Shown: in pieces, positions 28,940 through 32,000 of the stretch
How the letters are laid out: every line of letters begins with the position of its first letter
Numbering within the stretch: position 1 is the first letter of the stretch
Source: Paramicrosporidium saccamoebae KSL3
Lineage: Eukaryota > Fungi > Cryptomycota
Assembly: GCA_002794465.1 (NCBI GenBank)
Contig: MTSL01000101.1
Location: 30,001-62,000 of the forward strand
Length of the DNA: 32,000 nt
Reading direction: 5' to 3'
Notes under the pieces: model-generated
The model's database searches: none
What the model saw: the letters and a program-made list of their open reading frames with translations, nothing else
What the model was told of the DNA's origin: nothing
Translations under genes and position numbers: made by a program

Positions 28940-30244
28940 TCATTTGCCTTTACTGGCTTTTTGAAATAAAGCAGATTTGAACTTGCTGTTTTCATGGATC
29001 TTATTCTCAATGCTCTCAGTAACTGAATGTTGCTTATTTGAACCAGTTGGGGCAGGTGCGTCTTTCAACCATGCATCAGCCATTTTTTTTGATGCCCCAA
29101 TTGTTTCAGTGCCGCCAGAGGATGGCCTCATCGAATCGACCGCTATTATCGATGGAATGCGGGTCCGAACATGCGTTTTCTTAAATCTCTTAAAGTCCAC
29201 TGGTCCGTTTGACTCGTCATTCTCAGAGACATTGATCCGGTCTGGCTTGCGGAGGATATCAGCCGAAATTGACCAGCACATTAAGGGAGCAGAATCTATG
29301 ACATTTGCACGTGCAGGCGTCTTGTATATGAGCTCTTTATCATCAAGAGGATCCAATTCGATGGGACTGTTGGAAATTTGAGCAGCAGGGAGCTCAAATA
29401 AGTCCTCTAGGCTTATGCACCGTGCTAATGTGGTGTGTGCCGAAATGATTCGAGCTTTTCCGTCGTCACTGCCTAGGATCACCCCACCGGCAGACTTTAT
29501 CATGGATTCAATTACATTGCAAGATCCCGATAGCCAAGAGTCGCGATCAATTAGATAGCTCTGATTGCGGAACCTATGGGCCCCTCCAAAGCACGTATAG
29601 TCCGGCATAATGATGTGGCCGGCTAGAAGGCCATACACAAAGTTGGGCTCACAGATGTACTTTCCCGCATAAAGCGCTCTTGCAAGCTGTGAACATGGCG
29701 AAAGATCTGACGATTGAAAGACGACGTGAGTTGATCTCTCCCAATCCATGCATCTTTCCGTGCTGAATTTTTGCAGACACTCTGTTACTTGTGCCTCTGC
29801 ATCTGTAGACAAATTATGCAGAAATGGACGGAACTCGAAGAGGGAGCACCTAGGCACTGGATTAGCAAGGTGTAGTAAAATACCGCAGTTCCAGTTGAGA
29901 GGCGCCAAATTTTATAACATTCCCAGCGACGAGAACAGTTTCTGTATCAATTCTCCGTCCATCGACAAATGTACCATATTTTGAGTTTTCATCTACTATG
30001 CATAACATTCCGTCGTTGCTCTAAAAACGGTTAAATGGTGCTCAAGCACAACACCTGTATCGTTGCGTGTTTTCGGCTCACTGACATATCCGAGATAACT
30101 AAATCGGCGTCTTAGGATTCAGTAGAAGTAGCATTTAAGTATACCTTGCCGGCCCACCGAGATTGTATCGCCCGGAAATATAACATGCCCCGTACAATTC
30201 GGCAGTTTCTGTGAGCAATGGCCCCGAAGAGCCCATAACTTCAT
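28940..30244 (-). CDS. NBS1: Nibrin/Nbs1 (FHA-BRCT, Mre11-binding), compact at about 400 aa (4 exons)
   Basis: The spliced N-terminus MKLWAL...SVGRQDADLVISDMSVSRKHA...DENSKYGTFVDG...YKFG is an Nbs1-type FHA domain. A BRCT-like middle follows, and the C-terminal VDFKRFKK is the Mre11-binding motif. Three 34-nt introns: 30111-30144, 30021-30054, 29850-29883. Confidence 0.82.
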
Positions 30245-30283
30245 CGAGAGCCCTTGCATCTAGGCAGGTGTCGGGCTGTACAT

Positions 30284-30683
30284 ATGAATTTCCAGACAAT
30301 TTGGAATCACCCTGCAGGTATCGCTTTTATGCCGTTGTGCTATTCACTGTAGGACCTAAAACGGTTCATTTTTGGGCGCCCGCATTCAAATGGGGACTGG
30401 TTATTGCAGGACTAGGGGATTTGAAGCGACCTGCTGAGCAAGTCAGCGTTTTCCAATCTACAGGTTTCCGTTGCATAATTTAATGAGATTATCTAGCTCT
30501 TGCATTGACTGGAATCATCTGGTCCCGCTATTCTACACAGATCAAGCCTGTAAACTACTCATTGCTCAGTGTAAATGCCTTTGTGGCCGCCACTGGGTTG
30601 TATCAGTTATGGCGTGTTTGGCAGTATATTATCATCATTGATTTATGAGGCTTTGTAGATATACTACATACTATGCGGAATGA
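30284..30683 (+). CDS. MPC2: Mitochondrial pyruvate carrier subunit (MPC2-type; 4 exons, 98 aa)
   Basis: WNHPAGPKTVHFWAPAFKWGLVIAGLGDLKRPAEQVS..QS.ALALTGIIWSRYS.QI.P.NY.L.SVN.FV..TGLYQL. Introns are 35, 33 and 35 nt. Confidence 0.93.
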
Positions 30684-30721
30684 AGAACTTTTGCTTAATA
30701 AATTTTATTGCCATTTGTATC

Positions 30722-31071
30722 ATGCTGGCCGAAGACTGTCCGTGGTCATTCCATGAAATTGTATCAGGGAATACGTCGGTTTTATTTGCATAGAGCGCCG
30801 TCCTCAAAGACACTCTGAAGGCGAAATTCATCGACTCCAAGACCAAAGGTGAAGCCGTATTCCTGTGGTTACAACTGTGTCAGTTAGTGCAGAGGCAATG
30901 ATTGCGGTTTCTGAGTACATGAATCTATTTGCCCAAGGTATTCACTGCCGAATTCTCCAGTTTGTAGAATTGGCCATGAGAACTGTGGCAGTCGCAAAGG
31001 CCCACAACTGCAGTTTTGTTGAAATTGAGCACATTGAAAGAGTTTTAGCCCAATTACTTCTTGATTTCTAA
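30722..31071 (+). CDS. MHF2: Histone-fold protein CENP-X/MHF2 (4 exons, about 83 aa)
   Basis: DSKTKVSAEAMIAVSEYMNLFAQELAMR...EIEHIERVLAQLLLDF, where the QLLLDF terminus is diagnostic. Introns are 33, 35 and 30 nt. Confidence 0.85.
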
Positions 31072-31154
31072 TTATGGTGTAACAATATATATAGAGCATG
31101 ATAGGTTATATAAATGCCGGTCCTTTTGCGGATTGGTCAGTCGCTACAGCGGAA

Positions 31155-32000
31155 ATGCTTTATGCAATAGCTCCTATACTGGCAACCATTGTCATCAGTG
31201 TTGTTCCCATTAGTGTCCTACTGTTTCTTCCCACCATAATATCCTCTCCTCCCCGTCGCAAGAGTACGGGCGAGCGAGGCTCTATGATTAGTAGTGCAGC
31301 TCTCAACCTCATGCTTTGTTTTGCGTCTGGCTCGTTAGTGGCTGACGCCCTGCTGCATCTACTTGCTGATAGCATTTTCGGTGATTTTCCGTCTGAGGAA
31401 AACACAAAGAAGCAAGCGCTTGCCACAGTTATCGGAATCTTTGTGTTCTTTGCAATGGACGTTATTACTCGATCCTTTCAGCATCATGATCCCCTTGACC
31501 ACGACGACACGGGCCATTCCGAGCATCAAGGTTCCATTCTGTTGGCTCCATCAGGATCTTCCAATGTGAGCCGACGCAAAAGAGCAAATGGCGCCTCTCC
31601 TGACCTGCAGATGCTGAGCACAGGAAAGCCCAGTCCGTCGCCCGAGAGACATGCTGTCAGCGGTCATGCCTGTACTGGGAACGGCCTCTTGAGTCTTGTT
31701 GCCGATGCAATCCACAATTTTACTGATGGCCTAGCATTAGCTGCTGCTTTTGGGAAGGATTTTCGTCTCGGATGTAAAACGACATTGGCAATCTTCCTCC
31801 ATGAAGTACCACATGAACTCGGCGATTATGCAATTCTGGCAAAGGCGGGATTTAGCCACCGAAGAATTATCTTTATGCAATTTTTGACCGCCACAGCCGC
31901 CTTTTTGGGAGTGTTTTGTGGGGTCGCTATCCACAATGGATGGTTATCGATGGGCCACTTTATCAAAGAGGACAATCTCTTGCCTTTTGCTGCCGGAGGT
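31155..32000 (+). CDS. YKE4: ZIP-family (LIV-1/ZIP7/Yke4-like) zinc transporter, 3' end truncated by the window edge
   Basis: Open frame from the ATG at 31155 with FASGSLVADALLHLL, a His-rich loop, ADAIHNFTDGLA and IFLHEVPHELGDYAIL. Confidence 0.85.
   Translation, partial: MLYAIAPILATIVISVVPISVLLFLPTIISSPPRRKSTGERGSMISSAALNLMLCFASGSLVADALLHLLADSIFGDFPSEENTKKQALATVIGIFVFFAMDVITRSFQHHDPLDHDDTGHSEHQGSILLAPSGSSNVSRRKRANGASPDLQMLSTGKPSPSPERHAVSGHACTGNGLLSLVADAIHNFTDGLALAAAFGKDFRLGCKTTLAIFLHEVPHELGDYAILAKAGFSHRRIIFMQFLTATAAFLGVFCGVAIHNGWLSMGHFIKEDNLLPFAAGG

Noticed and set aside
1-32000. Search for CRISPR arrays, transposases, reverse transcriptases, terminal inverted repeats, tRNA, rRNA and U1/U2/U5/U6 signatures
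   Set aside because: None was recognised by eye. Nearly all long ORFs are housekeeping genes or their antisense shadows. A tRNAscan-SE/Infernal run is needed for a firm negative.

Overview
Eukaryotic nuclear DNA from a very compact, intron-rich, fungal-like genome. I built about 28 protein-coding gene models in the 32 kb by hand. They contain about 50 GT-AG introns, almost all 25-40 nt long (mode 33-34 nt). Divergent start codons lie as little as 30-70 bp apart. The gene content includes fungal-type PAM17, a DUF2423/LLPH-like gene, an Arp2/3 subunit, a complex I accessory subunit and methylcrotonoyl-CoA carboxylase. This would fit an early-diverging Rozellomycota/Paramicrosporidium-like organism, but that assignment is inference only. 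Genes in order: eIF3f (partial), PAM17, RPL39, LRR protein, LLPH-like, PRP16, LAM/GRAMD1, BRE1, TOM6-like, NAP1, unknown, TOM70, NDUFA3-like, MRPL32, MRPL45/MBA1, ARH1, PUT1, SEC61, ARPC4, ACBD5-like, FIS1, MCCC1, orphan, ERV46, NBS1, MPC2, MHF2 and a ZIP transporter (partial). Several of these (eIF3f, RPL39, NDUFA3-like, ZIP, and the N-termini of NBS1 and ARPC4) are missed by the ORF track. I recognised no rRNA, tRNA, CRISPR array or mobile element by eye. The most notable observations are the miniature-intron system, one oversized structured RPL39 intron, a recurrent CCCTGG element next to start codons, six consecutive genes for mitochondrial proteins, and an unexplained 713-bp gap with a strand-biased hairpin. 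I cannot claim a clearly new biological system. All homology calls are from recalled motifs, not database searches.
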